Assembly: GCF_009914755.1 (NCBI RefSeq)
Contig: NC_060929.1
Source: the human T2T-CHM13v2.0 reference genome, Homo sapiens
Strand: one strand, 5' to 3'
Length of the DNA: 64,000 nt
The stretch's first letter is position 1. Every line of letters starts with the position of its first letter. Shown here one piece after another: positions 1 to 14,200 of this stretch. The notes under the pieces are model-generated. The model made no database searches and was not told the origin of the DNA. It saw only the letters and a list, made by a program, of their open reading frames with translations. The position numbers and the translations under genes were made by a program.

Positions 1-598
1 GAGAACCTTTGTGTCTAGCTCAGGGATTGTAAAGGCACCAATCAGCGCCCTGTCAAAACAGACCACTCAGCTCTCTGTAAAATGGACCAATGAGCAGGAT
101 GTGGGTGGGGCCCGATAAGAGAATAAAAGCGGGCAGCCCGCGCCAGCAGTGGCAACCCTGCTTGGGTCCCCTTCCACAGTGTGGAAACTTTGTTCTTTCA
201 CTCTGCAATAAATCTTGCTGCTGCGCACTTTTTGGGTCCACACTGCCTTTATGAGCTGTAACACTCACCGGGAAGGTCTGCAGCTTCACTCCTGAAGCCA
301 GCCAGACCACGAAACCAGCCAGACCACGAACCCACCGGGAGGAACCCCACGGGGAGGAACGAACAACTCCAGATGCGCCGCCTTAAGAGCTGTAACACTC
401 ACCGGGAAGGTCCACAGCTTTTCTCCTGAGCCAGCGAGACCACGAACCCACCAGAAGGAATAAACTCCGAACACATCCGAACATCAGAACGAACAAACTT
501 CGGACACGCCGCCTTTAAGAACTGTAACACTCACCGCGAGGGTCTGCGGATTCCTTCTTGAAGTCAGTGACACCAAGAACCCACCAATTCCGGACACG
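1..598 (+). mobile_element. LTR12 (ERV9/HERV9) LTR, 3' part (end of U3, R, U5); 5' part lies outside the window
   Basis: CACCAATCAGC repeat, GGACCAATGAGCAGGATGTGGGTGGGGC, GATAAG-AATAAAAG promoter, AATAAA at ~207, U5 repeats GCTGTAACACTCACCG and terminal CACCAATTCCGGACAC. Confidence 0.93.
30..130 (+). promoter_or_regulatory. LTR12 core promoter: CCAAT boxes, GC/GT box, GATA site and AATAAAA TATA-like element
   Basis: CCAAT at ~38 and ~87, GGGTGGGG ~103, GATAAG ~114, AATAAAAG ~122; layout matches the known ERV9 LTR promoter. Confidence 0.6.
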
Positions 599-779
599 AT
601 AGGAGAGGTCTACAAGGCATTTCTGACTTCCCTAATACAAAAAAAAAAAACAAAACTGAATCCCAGGTAGGGAAGAACAGCCAGACTCCAAGTCCCTGAA
701 TAAAAGCTGAGAATCATGTTACCCTTAGGAATCACACTCCCATCGTAGTCATGTCTTTATGCAAAAAACAGAGGTGGGG

Positions 780-1300
780 TGTGATAGTTAATATGAGGTG
801 TCAACTTGATTGGTTTGAAGGATGCCTAGATGGCTGGTCTGTGGACTGGGAGAGGAAGACCCACCCTCAATGTGCCTGGGCACCATGCAGTTGCTGCCAG
901 CACGGCTAGAACAAAACAGGCAGAATAAGGTGGGAGAAACTTGATGCTGGGTTTTGTGGCTTCCTTCTTTCTCCCGGGCTGGAAGCTTCCTCCAAGCTCC
1001 TCCTGCCATTGGATATCAGACTCCAGGTTCTTTGGCCTTTGGACTCTTGGACTTGCACCAGTGGCTTTTCAGGGGCTCCCGGGCCTTGGGCCACAGACTG
1101 AAGGCTGCACTGGCAGCTTCCCCAGTTGTGAAGCTTTCAGACTTGGACTGAGCTGCGACTGGCTTCTCTCTTCCCCAGCTTGCAGAAGGCCTATCGTGGT
1201 CCTGTGCCTTGTGATCATGTGAGTCAGTTCTCCCTAATAAACTCCTTTTTATAAATACATATATCCTATTTGTTCTGTCCCTCTGGAGAACCCTAATACA
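780..1300 (+). mobile_element. MLT2 (ERVL) solo LTR, MLT2B-like, with internal deletion
   Basis: Starts TGTGATAGTTAAT..TGTCAACTTGATTGG, ends TCTGTCCCTCTGGAGAACCCTAATACA; AATAAA ~1236; homologous to the copy at 46853-47438. Confidence 0.88.
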
Positions 1301-2299
1301 TGTAGGTTCTCCCTATTTTACATTATGGCCTGAGTAGAGATAACGCCACCTTTTCCTTGCTTCTAGCTGACACAAGGATGGAGTGTCAAAGAATTTGTAA
1401 GGTCTAAGGAGGGAAAAAATGGAAAGTAACATAGAGTTAATAAATTGCCATAAATTTAGGTAATCTAAGTTACCAGGTAAACCAAGACAGAGTCCCTTAG
1501 CCCTTTCTAATAATAGGTGGCTGCTGTCAGGAATATCTTTACATCTTCACAGAGATGCTGACTTCAACATTATGGTCCTCAGGAGGATTACTGCACCTAG
1601 CTTCATTGTCTTTTTCCATTTGAAAAGTAGATGAAGCTTTACTCTTTAAACAAATCCTACTGTAACCAATCTAATCTACATTGATTCTTTGCTCCTCTGA
1701 CTTCTTAATCTGCACAATATGTATACACTCATTTTGACATTTAATTCTAGATTCTCCTAAATAATATTGTAATTGTCTAATTTATTTCAATGAGAAATGA
1801 CAATAAGTTCTTTCTTTAAATTTCCCACACAGGACTCAGCATGTTGTAGGCATTCAGTACTCAATCACTTGAATTATATGAAATCTACATTCTCTGTGAA
1901 AAATTTACTTAAAATGTTTGAGCAAGGTTTAGCAAGAAGCTGTTCTTTCCATGTATATTAAAATTATATTATAAAAAAGCATGCTCTTTTAGAATCTAAA
2001 AGTGAGAAATAAATTTTATTATGTCCTAAGAAGGGCGTTTAACCAAGAACTGTGACTATATTGGATTTTCATTCCCAGGGAATCTGACTTCATGACTTAA
2101 AAGTAGCTACAACTTTTGGCACCTATGTCGTGAGAGGCACTTTGGAACAGCATAGCAGAGATGTGAAAAACGGTGGGCGTGTTTTGAAAGGATTGGGCAT
2201 AGGAAGAGACTTCACTGCTTTACCTAATTGCTTACCCAGTTATCTGCTTCGGCCTGCAGTTGCTCACCAATGCCTGGGAATATAAATCTGAGTCAATCT

Positions 2300-2640
2300 T
2301 CTTTTCATTCAGTCATTGATTCTTTGACTTATTCACACAGCCAATATTGATTGCATGCTATTTTGTGCCAGTTGCTCTGCTGGGGACAGATTCATTCACA
2401 AGGCTGTCAAGAGCCCTGCCCTCATTTTCTCACATTCCAGTGACAGAGAAATAAACAAACATGCAAACTAATAAATAAAAGGGTAACTACAAACTACAAG
2501 TGCTAGGAAGAAAATAAATGAACCAGACAATAAAGTGAAAGCCTCATTAGGGTGGTCAGGAATGGCTGCATTAAGACCTGAATGCTAGAAAAGAGCCACG
2601 CTTGCAATAAGGCTGGCGAAGAACATTCCAGGCATTGGTA
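2300..2640 (-). mobile_element. L2 LINE 3' fragment
   Basis: TTCATTCAGTCATT..TGTGCCAG..GGGGACAG..CCCTGCCCTCA pattern typical of an antisense L2 3' end. Confidence 0.55.
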
Positions 2641-4739
2641 TCCCTGGATTGGGCCTTATTCTTCCTTACCTACTTGTGTTAAAAAGGAAATCTGGACTAT
2701 TTCACCACACCATTTCTAAGGGCAGAATTTCAAAGAGTTGGGCTGTTCTCTGGAAAAACACTTAGGTACCTTCCTAGCGCCACTCAGTTTTGCAGATTTT
2801 TGTTAGTCATATGCATATAAATGTATATAGGAAACTAAATGCCTCAATATACTGACAGTTTATCAGGAAAAAAACCTGCTCTGCACAGCCCATATTTATC
2901 TCATATCCCTTCTCCTTTATCGCTTGTCACTCTTTCACCTCAGTCCTCTGAGAGCTTTTGATTATACAGAGCGGAGAATCACACAATTGGCTTTTAACGG
3001 CAGCTTCTCACCAGAAGCAAATATGTGATCCCGGCCCCCAAAAAGCCCATCTTCTCTCAGATGGCGTCACTTTGTTTTTCCACGGTCTCTGACAATTAAG
3101 TCAAGATGATACATTATTATAAATGAAAAATGAATTTCAAGTCTTGGATTTAGGGCATTTAGATTGGAACAGACATTGGTCTTTCTTACTTTGTTTCTTA
3201 AATAATATTTCTTTGCACGAATGGGATAAATGAGAAGGAAAACTCACCATCTTTAGGCTGAAACAACCCTGACTTTAGATGCTACTGCTTTATAGAATTG
3301 ATCAAGCTAAAAAAGAAAATATCCATAGCTTAGATCTTTATTCTTTTGAGTTATATTCATTAAAGAATTTTTTGATTAATTCTGCTTAAGGGTAGTATTT
3401 GATGGACAGAATTAAATGAAACCGTTAGGTTTTAAGGTATTAAGAGATGACAGTAAGGTAGCCCCTAATTGATCATTATGCCTGACTTGAGAAAAGAATG
3501 GAGCATTGCCTGGAGTCCATTTCATATGATAAGTTTCAGCAAGAAGATAACAGTTATAAAAACAGGTTAGTAGGTTAACATTAACAAAATTTCATTGGAA
3601 TATTAACTGTCCTAGATATCAAAGGTCTTCCTGTCAATGTTTAACATGGTAATCCATAGCAGGTTATAAATAATTATTAGTTACCCCTTGAACCCTCTGT
3701 GACTTGCTCTAATTGTTTAATCTTATTATAAAATCAGTCCTCTCTACCTGCATCCAAATGAAAGATTTTAGCTACCAACTATGGATATATTTCTCCCATA
3801 GAATTTTATTTCAGAAAAGACAAAGTTGTTTGTTAGAAAGAACTTATTGCTTTTGTTCTCTACATGGATGTATAAATCATACAATATAACAAAGCCATTT
3901 TTTAAAGTTGCAAAATAACAGCAATAAAAAAAAATCCTCCATATTTATTTATCCCTCTTGGAGCTTTAAAAAAGAGGGCCAAACTAATTTTTGTCCAAAA
4001 AATTACTCCTGGACTTAACAGCTTGTATGATAAGTTACATTTCAGCCTTGGAGGGAAATTTGATGAACCAAATTACACCCTTAGAAAAAAACAATGCTGT
4101 AATGGAGTGTTTGTTAAGTTGTTACTTGTAACTACACAATGTAATATAAACAGGAGAAGTAGGAATGAGAAAACTATGTTTGCATTTTTTTAAGTTAACT
4201 TGGGGAACAAAGCACATCTCTAGGTGCAAATTATCAATCTTTAAAAAGAACTTCTTTAGTTCTTCTGAATGTGCATGTATAATATAAACACTATTTGATA
4301 AGAGTATAACCCACTAAATATATACCAAAGGGGGAAAAGGAGAGTTTTGTGCAAGTATTTAATGTTTTCCAAATAAAAACTTGTTGCTGTTGAGTCTAGT
4401 ATAAAAAATAGCAAGACAGTCATATGTAAAAACAAAACCAAAAATATAATAACAAAAAAATAAATAAAACCTCCCTTGGAACAGCACGTATCTAGGATTA
4501 CTACTCACGCTTCTCATTGGCAACCTGAATTTAGATTTCTTGTTTATAGCCCAAGAAGAATTTTTCAGACTGACTCCAGAGTCTTCCACAAGGTAGGCCA
4601 GACAGTGGCCCACTATGCTAGGTAGTAATAGCCCAAGGAGTTTAGGCAGAGGTCACTGCCTCATGAACAGGTGTGAAATTACAACCGAGGGTTTCCCTGA
4701 AGAAACAGAAATATCTTGTGGCACTCTCAAAAATCTCTA

Positions 4740-5380
4740 AACTAGTTTGAGGTCTCATGTTTAAATCTTTGATCCATTTAGAGTTGATTTTTCTATAGGG
4801 TGAAAGGTAGGCATTCCAGCTTCAATATTCAGCGTATGGCTAGCCAGTTATCCCAGCACTATTTAATGAATAGAGAGTCCTTTCCCCATTGCTTGTTACT
4901 GTCGACTTTATTGAAGATCAAGTGGTTGTAAGTGTGAGGCTTTATTTCTGAGTTTTCTGTTCTGTTCCCTTGGTCTATGAGTCTGTTTTTGTACCAGTAC
5001 CGTGCTGTTTTGGTTACTGTAGCCTTACAGTAGAGTTTAAATTCAGATAATATGATGCCTCTGGCTTTGCTTTTTACTTAGGATTGCTTTGGCTATTCAG
5101 GATCTTTATTGGTTCCATGTGAAATTTAGAATTTTTTTTTCTAATTCTGTTAAGAATGGCATTGATAGTTTGATAGGAATAGCTTTGAATCTGTAAATTG
5201 CTTTGGGCAGTATAAGCATTTTAATGATACAGATTCCTTCAATCCATGAGCATGGAATGTTTTTCCATTTATTTATGTCATCTCTGATTTCTTTCAGCAG
5301 TGTTTTGTAGTTCTCCTTGTAGAGATTTTTCACCCCTGTGGTTAGCTGTATTCTAAGGTGTTTTGTTTTCTTTGTGGGTG
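4740..5380 (-). mobile_element. L1 ORF2 fragment (old L1P/L1MA-type), antisense
   Basis: ORF 5106..5408 translates [46 protein letters not shown], which is L1 ORF2. Confidence 0.9.
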
Positions 5381-5384
5381 ACAG

Positions 5385-5490
5385 GATCTGCACCCCAAAC
5401 CAGAGCATTATGCAACATTTCCATGTAGCAAACCTGCAAGTGTGCCACCTGTGTGTGTACCTCTGTATCTAAAAGAAAAGTCGAAATCAC
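5385..5490 (+). mobile_element. L1 extreme 3' end, sense orientation
   Basis: CTGCACCCCAAACC..CCATGTAGCAAACCTGCA..TCTAAAAGAAAAGTCGAAAT resembles an old primate L1 3' terminus. Confidence 0.6.
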
Positions 5491-5537
5491 ACAGCTCAAA
5501 GTGCTTACCAGTGACTTCCTAATTACTTCTAGCCACT

Positions 5538-6268
<731 letters not shown>

Positions 6269-6329
6269 CTAATGCCAAAGCACAAATGGAGTTTACCCCC
6301 AAGGAAGGATAGAGCTCGAGTTCTGACCT

Positions 6330-6440
6330 TTCCCTGGAGGCAGAACTGCTTGGGGTCAGCTGTGGCTCGTCTACTTGCTAACTTCCTGACTTTGGGCAAG
6401 CTACTTAAATTCTGCTTGACTAAAGTTTACTCATCTGATT
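6330..6440 (+). mobile_element. MIR fragment
   Basis: TGACTTTGGGCAAGCTACTTAA..GTTTACTCATCTG MIR core. Confidence 0.55.
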
Positions 6441-7414
6441 ATGGTTACAGTATTGTTATGACAAGACAGTATACAACATGTTTTCATGTTGGGCAGACTA
6501 TATAATGTTATAGGGAAAGATGCTCTCATGTTAAATTTAAAAAAATGTTAAACAGATCCCAGATTTACAAAACTGTATATACTGCGTGTGTTTATAAACT
6601 TCCTTTAAAATATTTGTTTAAAAAATACCAAAAATTTGTGCGGCTTATGTTGAGGTAGTGGGAGTTGCAAATGAGGGAGAGAGGCATTTAGAGAGGTAGC
6701 GGACTTTTCATGTAGGAAGGAGAAATGAGCTGATGAAAAAAAAAGAGAGAGAGAGGAAAACACTGCATAGAAAAGAGAGAAAATCCTAAAGATATAAAAA
6801 TGACCTTGGCGAGCTGAACTTCAGAGGGTTCGAAGGAACCCTGGAGGAGAAAAAATTAGAAAGTTACTGCAACATTAGGTGAAAATGGGGTAGATAAAGG
6901 ATGATGGGAATTTCCAAAGTTTTGATGCATTATTTACCGAATGCTATGAATGCATCCTAAGTTACCTCATCTCCACCTAATCTTGTGTTTTGCTTTGCTT
7001 TGTTTCCTCCAACAAACATGGTAAAAGTATACATAGTTCCTTAATTGTATGCTGGGTTTCGTCTTTCTTCAAATCAACACCCATCCTAAGTAGTCCTCTG
7101 AATAATCCTGATTTTATATAAATCACATACAAAACATTGTATAGAAATTGCATTTTATTTTTTGTATAAGTTGGATTCTACTATACACACATATATTCTT
7201 TTAGCTTGATAACAAATGATGGAAATCTTCCCATATCAATAACCCCACAATTACCCCATTGTGTATTTTTTTCTTACTCCATAGTATTCCATAATGTAAG
7301 TGGACCAGGATCTATTTACATTGTTTCTATGCTCCCTTTATTACAAGCAACACTCTAGTGAATGTCCTAATAAATGTCTCTCTGAGTTTACATGCAAGTA
7401 TAATGAAGAGTCTT

Positions 7415-8020
7415 TATCGATTTCTGGATGTTTGACTGCTGACAGCTTTCAAGCCTCATGCCACCACCCTCTTCCCCTCTTGCCCCACATCTGGGGAAGC
7501 TGAAAGAAAAGCCCATGCTTTCTCTTCCCTTGTGCCAGTGGGAAATTCAATTCATGCAAGCCCTGGCCCCACACAAGAACCTGCTAACTACAATTAAATT
7601 CCAAGACACTCACTCCTCTTTTTAATTTTAATTTTTATTTTAAGTCCCGGGGTACATGTGTAGAATGTGCAGGTTTGTTACATAGGTAAACGTGTGCCAT
7701 GGTGGTTTGCCGCACCTGTCAACCCACCACCGAGGTATTAAGCCCAGCATGCATGCATTAGCTACATTTCCTAATGCTCTCCCTCCCTCCACCCCACCCC
7801 CTGACAGGCCCCAGCGTGTATTGTTCCCCATTGCCACTCACTCCCCTTTGCTCTCTCAAGCTATGTCACACTGCTTGGGAGCCTGCTCTGCTCTCCTCAA
7901 AAAGCTTCATTATGTAATAATTTTTTTTCATATTCTCTTGTCACATGCGTGGCATCTAGATATCTGCACCAAATTTGAGTAGGTACCGATCCCATGCTTC
8001 TACAGGGGAACCACAGGACA
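7415..8020 (+). mobile_element. Old ERVL-class LTR (MER54/MER74/LTR53-like) interrupted by an L1 3' end
   Basis: TTGACTGCTGACAGCTTTCAAGCC..GCCCCACATCTGGGGAAGCTGA motif; continues after 7835. Confidence 0.5.
7621..7834 (-). mobile_element. 5'-truncated L1PA 3' end (~210 bp) with TSD
   Basis: GGGGTACATGTG..GCAGGTTTGTTACATAGGTAAAC..GACAGGCCCCAG; TSD CACTCACTCC(T/C)CTT at 7607-7620 and 7835-7848. Confidence 0.9.
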
Positions 8021-8061
8021 GCAAGTATTTATGTGGAACTTAGTTCTCAAGGTAGATATTC

Positions 8062-8172
8062 TTTTATTATTATTATTATTATTATTATTATACTTTAAGT
8101 TCTAGGGTACTTAGACGTGCAGGTTTCTTACATATGTATACATGTGCCATGTTGGTTTGCTGCACCCATTAA
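8062..8172 (-). mobile_element. Very short L1PA 3' end with (TAT)n tail
   Basis: (TAT)n then ATACTTTAAGTTCTAGGGTAC..GTGCAGGTTT..GCTGCACCCATTAA. Confidence 0.85.
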
Positions 8173-8349
8173 ATGCAAGAAAGGCAGCCAAAGACACCCC
8201 CAAAGCTATTTATATAGCCATTTATATTGGCTATATAAATTTATAACACCAACAAACAGTATAATGGCCCGTTTTGCTACAGCATTACCAACTAGATATA
8301 ATAGTTTTTTTAATAAACTTTTATACCCTGATAAGCCAAAAGGGAGAAT

Positions 8350-9300
8350 AAATATAGAATTCAATTGCCTTAATTTCTAATTCTCTGATTGATAATGTCT
8401 GATGTTCTTTTCATTTATTTGCTGGCCATTTGTAATTCTTTCTCTATGCATTTTTGCATATTGTCCTTATTTTTCATATGTAGGAACCCTTGATTTGTCA
8501 GTACTGTTGGTCTTCTTTTGTAGTACGTATTGCATATATTTTACTCATTCTAATTTTAGTCTTTTAACTTTGTTTATGGTGTCTTTTTCTATAGGCAAGC
8601 ATTTAATCTTTATATAATCCAATCATTCAGCTATTTTCATTTTATCTTTTTGGTGTTCAGTCATGCTTAGGAAGGACTTTCACACCCTAAGATTATAAAT
8701 TTGTCTTCCCATATCTTCTTTTAGAGTGTTTATAATTTCATATAATTTTCTTACAATTATATATTTAATCCATTTGCAATTAATATTGAAATATGTCATT
8801 ATATAGTCATTGTTTTTTTTCCAGATGAATGCTTAGCTATCTTACTATCACTTATTAAATAATTTGACTTTTCTAGCCTGGCTTGAACTACAAATTTTAT
8901 CACCTACAAAATTTTCTCATTCCATATATATGGATATATACAGTTGTCATTTGTGTGCATAAGTACATATAATATTTCTGTACTTTGTTTTGTTTCATTG
9001 ACCTGTGTGACCACTCATTATTTTTAGAAATGAAAGAAATCTATTTTTATAATCATAACCCATTAAAAAACATTACCTCCACTTCAGCAGGAATTTTTTT
9101 CAAACTTCCAAATTTTTTGGCTACTGTTTGTAGTAAACTTAAGCATTAATTTGTTCCCTACAAATTTCTTGTCTTTATTTCAACATCATTTTTAGATTAA
9201 TTTTAAAAAACATGATATCATTATTTTATTTAGTCTTTCCCTCCAGGATATAGCATATTTCTCCATTTCTTTAAGTTTTCTACAATTCCTGAAGTTAATT
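8350..9300 (-). mobile_element. Old L1M (L1ME-like) fragments
   Basis: T-rich degenerate antisense ORF2/3' sequence (TTTATTTGCTGGCCATTTGTA.., TTGTTTATGGTGTCTTTT.., TCATGCTTAGGAAGG..). Confidence 0.55.
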
Positions 9301-10311
9301 TACAAGTACTAAGGTTTTAATAAGCACATAGTTACACACGTTACATTTCTGAATGCAGCACTTACATCATAATGTATATGTTCATAGTAGTATTTCTCTT
9401 TTTTCAAACTGCCATAATTAACAGCATGTCTATGTAGATAGTATTTTAATGTCAAGAAAATATTGTGCCTTTGCAATAGAAAAACGCAGCATTTCTTAAT
9501 GTATTTTCTAAATGTAGTTAGATATTTTGGGTACTTTCTGACATTGTTTTGATTATCTTTGACTGTCTTCACAGGAATTAGAGGTTATTTTAATGTAGAA
9601 AACTCTACAAAAGAAACAATTTTTGAATTATATTTTTAAATATATTTTGGTAATCAATATTTAAAATATGGAGAATTTTCTTATAATCAAACCATTATTT
9701 AGTAATCAGTTTTATAAATTCAGTGTGTATAAATCCCATTTTCTTAAGTAAAAAAATCTCTACTCTTCTGTTAATGTTTTCTATCAACAGTTTGCACACA
9801 AATTGATTTGTGTAAATCAATGGACTCATTTGAATGTTATTAACCCTCAATACTGCAATTAGTGGCATTAGTGTGTTAGAAAACAACAACTATTTAAGGA
9901 AAGCAGATGCTAAGGCAAGAACTTCAGGGATTTAATGACGAGAACCATCCTCATTAACAATGCTGTTTGTCCCAGATCAATGAGGCCAAAGTAAATAGGA
10001 AGCCAAGATTCTATAATTAAGAGCAAATAGTCCAGTCAATACCAATATGTAGTAACAATATTAATCTCTTCATAACCTAGGTTTACCCTGCTGTTTAAAA
10101 TAAAAATCTCATACGCCTTTTGAAAGTTTCTCTGAATAAATAAATAAAGGGAGGTCCAGCACCTAGGAAGTCGAAATAAAAAGCCTATTATGAAGTATCA
10201 GGAAGTTTCTGTACATTACACAGTCCACGAGTAGAAAGGAATTGTGTTAATAGCAATAACCCAGATATCTCAGATTCTTGCCTCACATAAAACACCAACC
10301 ATTAACAGTTA

Positions 10312-10647
<336 letters not shown>

Positions 10648-12897
10648 CTAAGAATGTCTGGAATTTCAAGTCTCACACATAAAGACACGAGTAAATCTAC
10701 CCAGTTTCATATGATCTCCAAAGTTTCTGACATCTGCTTTTGTGGGATTTTGTCTACCCTCTTCCTCCAGGACTGCCCTAGGTGCACCTGAGTCCCTGAA
10801 AACCAAACCTGCATGCCTGAGGCTAAGTTGTGGAGACTATCTTACTCTCTGGTGGGGAGATTATCTTTTCAGGAAGCTGAAGTCTTAGGTGTGAACAAGA
10901 ATGTATTGTGAGTCCCTCAGTTCCATCTGGAGGCCTCCTCTTCTATAGGACCCAGGCATGAGTTTTATACAATAATTGTCTTCAGTATACACATGTGCCA
11001 GGGATTGTGCTAAGAATTGCAGATGCATAAATGCATAAGATATAGGCTGTGACTTCAAAAGGCTCGTGATCTAATAAAGGTGACGCATATTTTAGAAAAC
11101 AGATAAAATACAGAAATAGACCAAAATTACCTGATTGCTCTTAAAACATGTTTGCAGAACTTCACTTCATTGTTAGTCACTACTGCCTTATATTCTCTTG
11201 AAAATGATATTGCTACCCTATCAATAGGTGTACTTTGCACCTTTGGGAGCCTCTACAAACACAGTACAATTCATCTTGAGATGCAAATCTTTACTCTGTT
11301 AATGAAGACAGGAAAAGCAAGACCATTCTATTTGTCCAAAACTCACCTCTTTATTGGCTTGCCTAACAGTCGGGAGTTGTCCAGAGAAAAAAATAATCAT
11401 AGTTTGACAATTCCAATACCCCCATATTCTGATGTATGTTTCTATTCTAAAATAACCCCTTGATTTTCACTCATATCAAATACTGTATAGGAAAACACAG
11501 TAATATAATGCAAATGAAGAATGTAGCTTTTTTGTAGTAACTTATTTTCTCTCTTTTATGAATACTGTTGATAATAAAGTAGGGGGAAGAAAAGACAATC
11601 TTCTAGCATTCTAACTTTCACAGGTAAGGAGAGTAATAGGGTGGTCTTGGACTCAATTTTTACCACTCTACAAACCAAGTTTAAGTGCGGACACCAAATC
11701 TGTTAACATATTCAAAAATCAGGTCTTTAGGGTTTAGGTTCTTAGCATATGGCCTCTTCCACATTCCCTGGAAGTTAATTCCTAATCTACAATGCAGCCA
11801 CTGAGGAAAAATTGTCAAAGCTTTAAACATATTGGAGAAGAGAGGTTTTCTATCCACTGCCAAAAGAAAAATTAAATACCTATTGAAAGGCATAACAAAA
11901 TACTTTATCATCAGAGGGCAAAAGTAGCTTTCAGTACTTTATTTAAACTTACATATGTTATTACTGTCTGGCAAGTAAAGTAGCTGAAAAGCTTTCTAGA
12001 TGTTTCCTTCACTTCATAGAAAAAAAATGATTTGTTAATATTTTCTTTCTTCCACAACAGCACTAGACTATAATTATACAAAATCTCCTTATGCCATAAC
12101 TAGGAAAAAAGAATGGGGGTGCTTACATGTTTAAGTTAAATTCTTATTTCCCTCAAATTCTGCCACAATTTTTAAAATATGTTTTTTAATTTCATATTCT
12201 GAAGTCCCCCATGGCATATGCTACCTATGAATAATATTTTTAAACCCACATACACCAAAATGTTGCTACTGTTCTCACATTATTAGTCAAGTAAAGTTCC
12301 TAATTCCACATAACAAAATGTTCCCAACACTTAAAAACACTTACAAAATTTTGCATTTTTCCTGAGTTCCTTTTTACCCTGAAGCTCACAAAATTAATTT
12401 TAATTTCCTTGAGAAAACCATGAAACTAAAAGCAGATTTCATAACACCCATTAGGCTTTAAACAATAGCCCAAATTGACAGTTTTTATTTAATCTTCGTT
12501 CACCACTGCCTTCAACTTCTATTCTAATAAATAGTTTTGCCTGCTGGCCCCATCTATGTAACATTCAACAGTTTTTAGCCCAACCCATTTAGTCTCTAAT
12601 ATTCAGTTAAAACCACAGAAGCATGACCAGGCAAAGCCAAGATACAGAATAGGAGAAGACTGAATCACTTCCTCTTTCTACTGGGCAGTTTTCCAACATA
12701 TCACTGCCCTTCCAACCTCTCTCCACCATATTTGAGAAACACTAATGGACAATCTCACCTCTTTCTGGCTCTCAGTTTTTGTTTTCTCATTTCTCCAATT
12801 CTATCTTCCTGACTTGCTATTCTATATCATCTTTCCCCTGTTAGCTCAAATCCTCTCTAATTTTCTTCTCTCTTTTGAAATGGAGCCCCCGCCCCGC

Positions 12898-12898
<1 letters not shown>

Positions 12899-12930
<32 letters not shown>
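12899..12930. repeat. (AC)16 microsatellite
   Basis: Uninterrupted AC dinucleotide run. Confidence 0.97.
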
Positions 12931-12932
<2 letters not shown>

Positions 12933-12982
12933 AAGAACTAAGAGGGAGAAATTCAAATGTCTGTCCTTGGGCTATCATCTGA

Positions 12983-13309
<327 letters not shown>

Positions 13310-13642
13310 TAAAACCTGTCATATATTTTACCTGAGGGTCACTCTTCATTCTTTATCTAGCAGATCCATCTATTCTGGTGTATCAGATGTGCTTCAGCAG
13401 ATAGTTAGCCTTCCTTCAACTTTAAGGTAAATGTGTTTCAATAATGTCCCCTTGCTTTTGTTCTGTATCAAAGGAATTCTTTTATTTTGGGAAATTGAAT
13501 CCTTTGATGCTGTAGCACATCCTCTGAAGTAACACTGCACATGTATGTTACCTGTACCTAGAGCATTGGGGATTTAGTATCCCTTCTCCCCTCCAGAAGT
13601 AAATATTGTATGCAAAAAAGCTAAAGACTCAATAATTCAGAG

Positions 13643-14200
13643 TATTCATTCATTGTTCAACAATGAATAGTGCGTGGAGCCTTCCATATGCCAGCTGGGG
13701 AGCTAGGCCTGGGGGATAAAAAGATAAATAAAAAGCAATCTTTGCCCTCAAACACAGTCCAGTGAGAAAGGCACACAGCACCATGCAGTTAGTTCTGTGA
13801 CTGTGACTGTCAAATTACGTTGTGTGAATTTGGAGAAAGGTGCCTAACCCAGATTGGATGCATGAGGTCCTGGAACATTTCCAGGTGGAAGTGACACTGT
13901 AGCTGAACTGAGTTTTGAAAGACCAAAATCAGATGGTGAGAGGTGAAAACTGAATTGAAAGGGTACCACGAAAATGTGCAACATTTACAAACATCCTGAA
14001 ATGTGAAAACTGAGTGGATGGGGAGTAAGGAAATGTGAAGAGGTTCAGATGTTGGGAGGTCGACACATGAGTTGAAGAGGAAAAGGGGCCAGATACCGAC
14101 AGGTTTTTCATGCTAAACTACAAAGTCTGATATTATCTCAAAGATAACAGAGAATTACTGAATAATTTACAGCATAAAAGTAGCATGATCCTGTGTTAAA
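13643..14200 (-). mobile_element. L2 LINE fragment
   Basis: ATTCATTCATTGTTCAACAA..ATGCCAG..CTAGGCCTGGGGGATA..TTTGCCCTCA. Confidence 0.65.
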
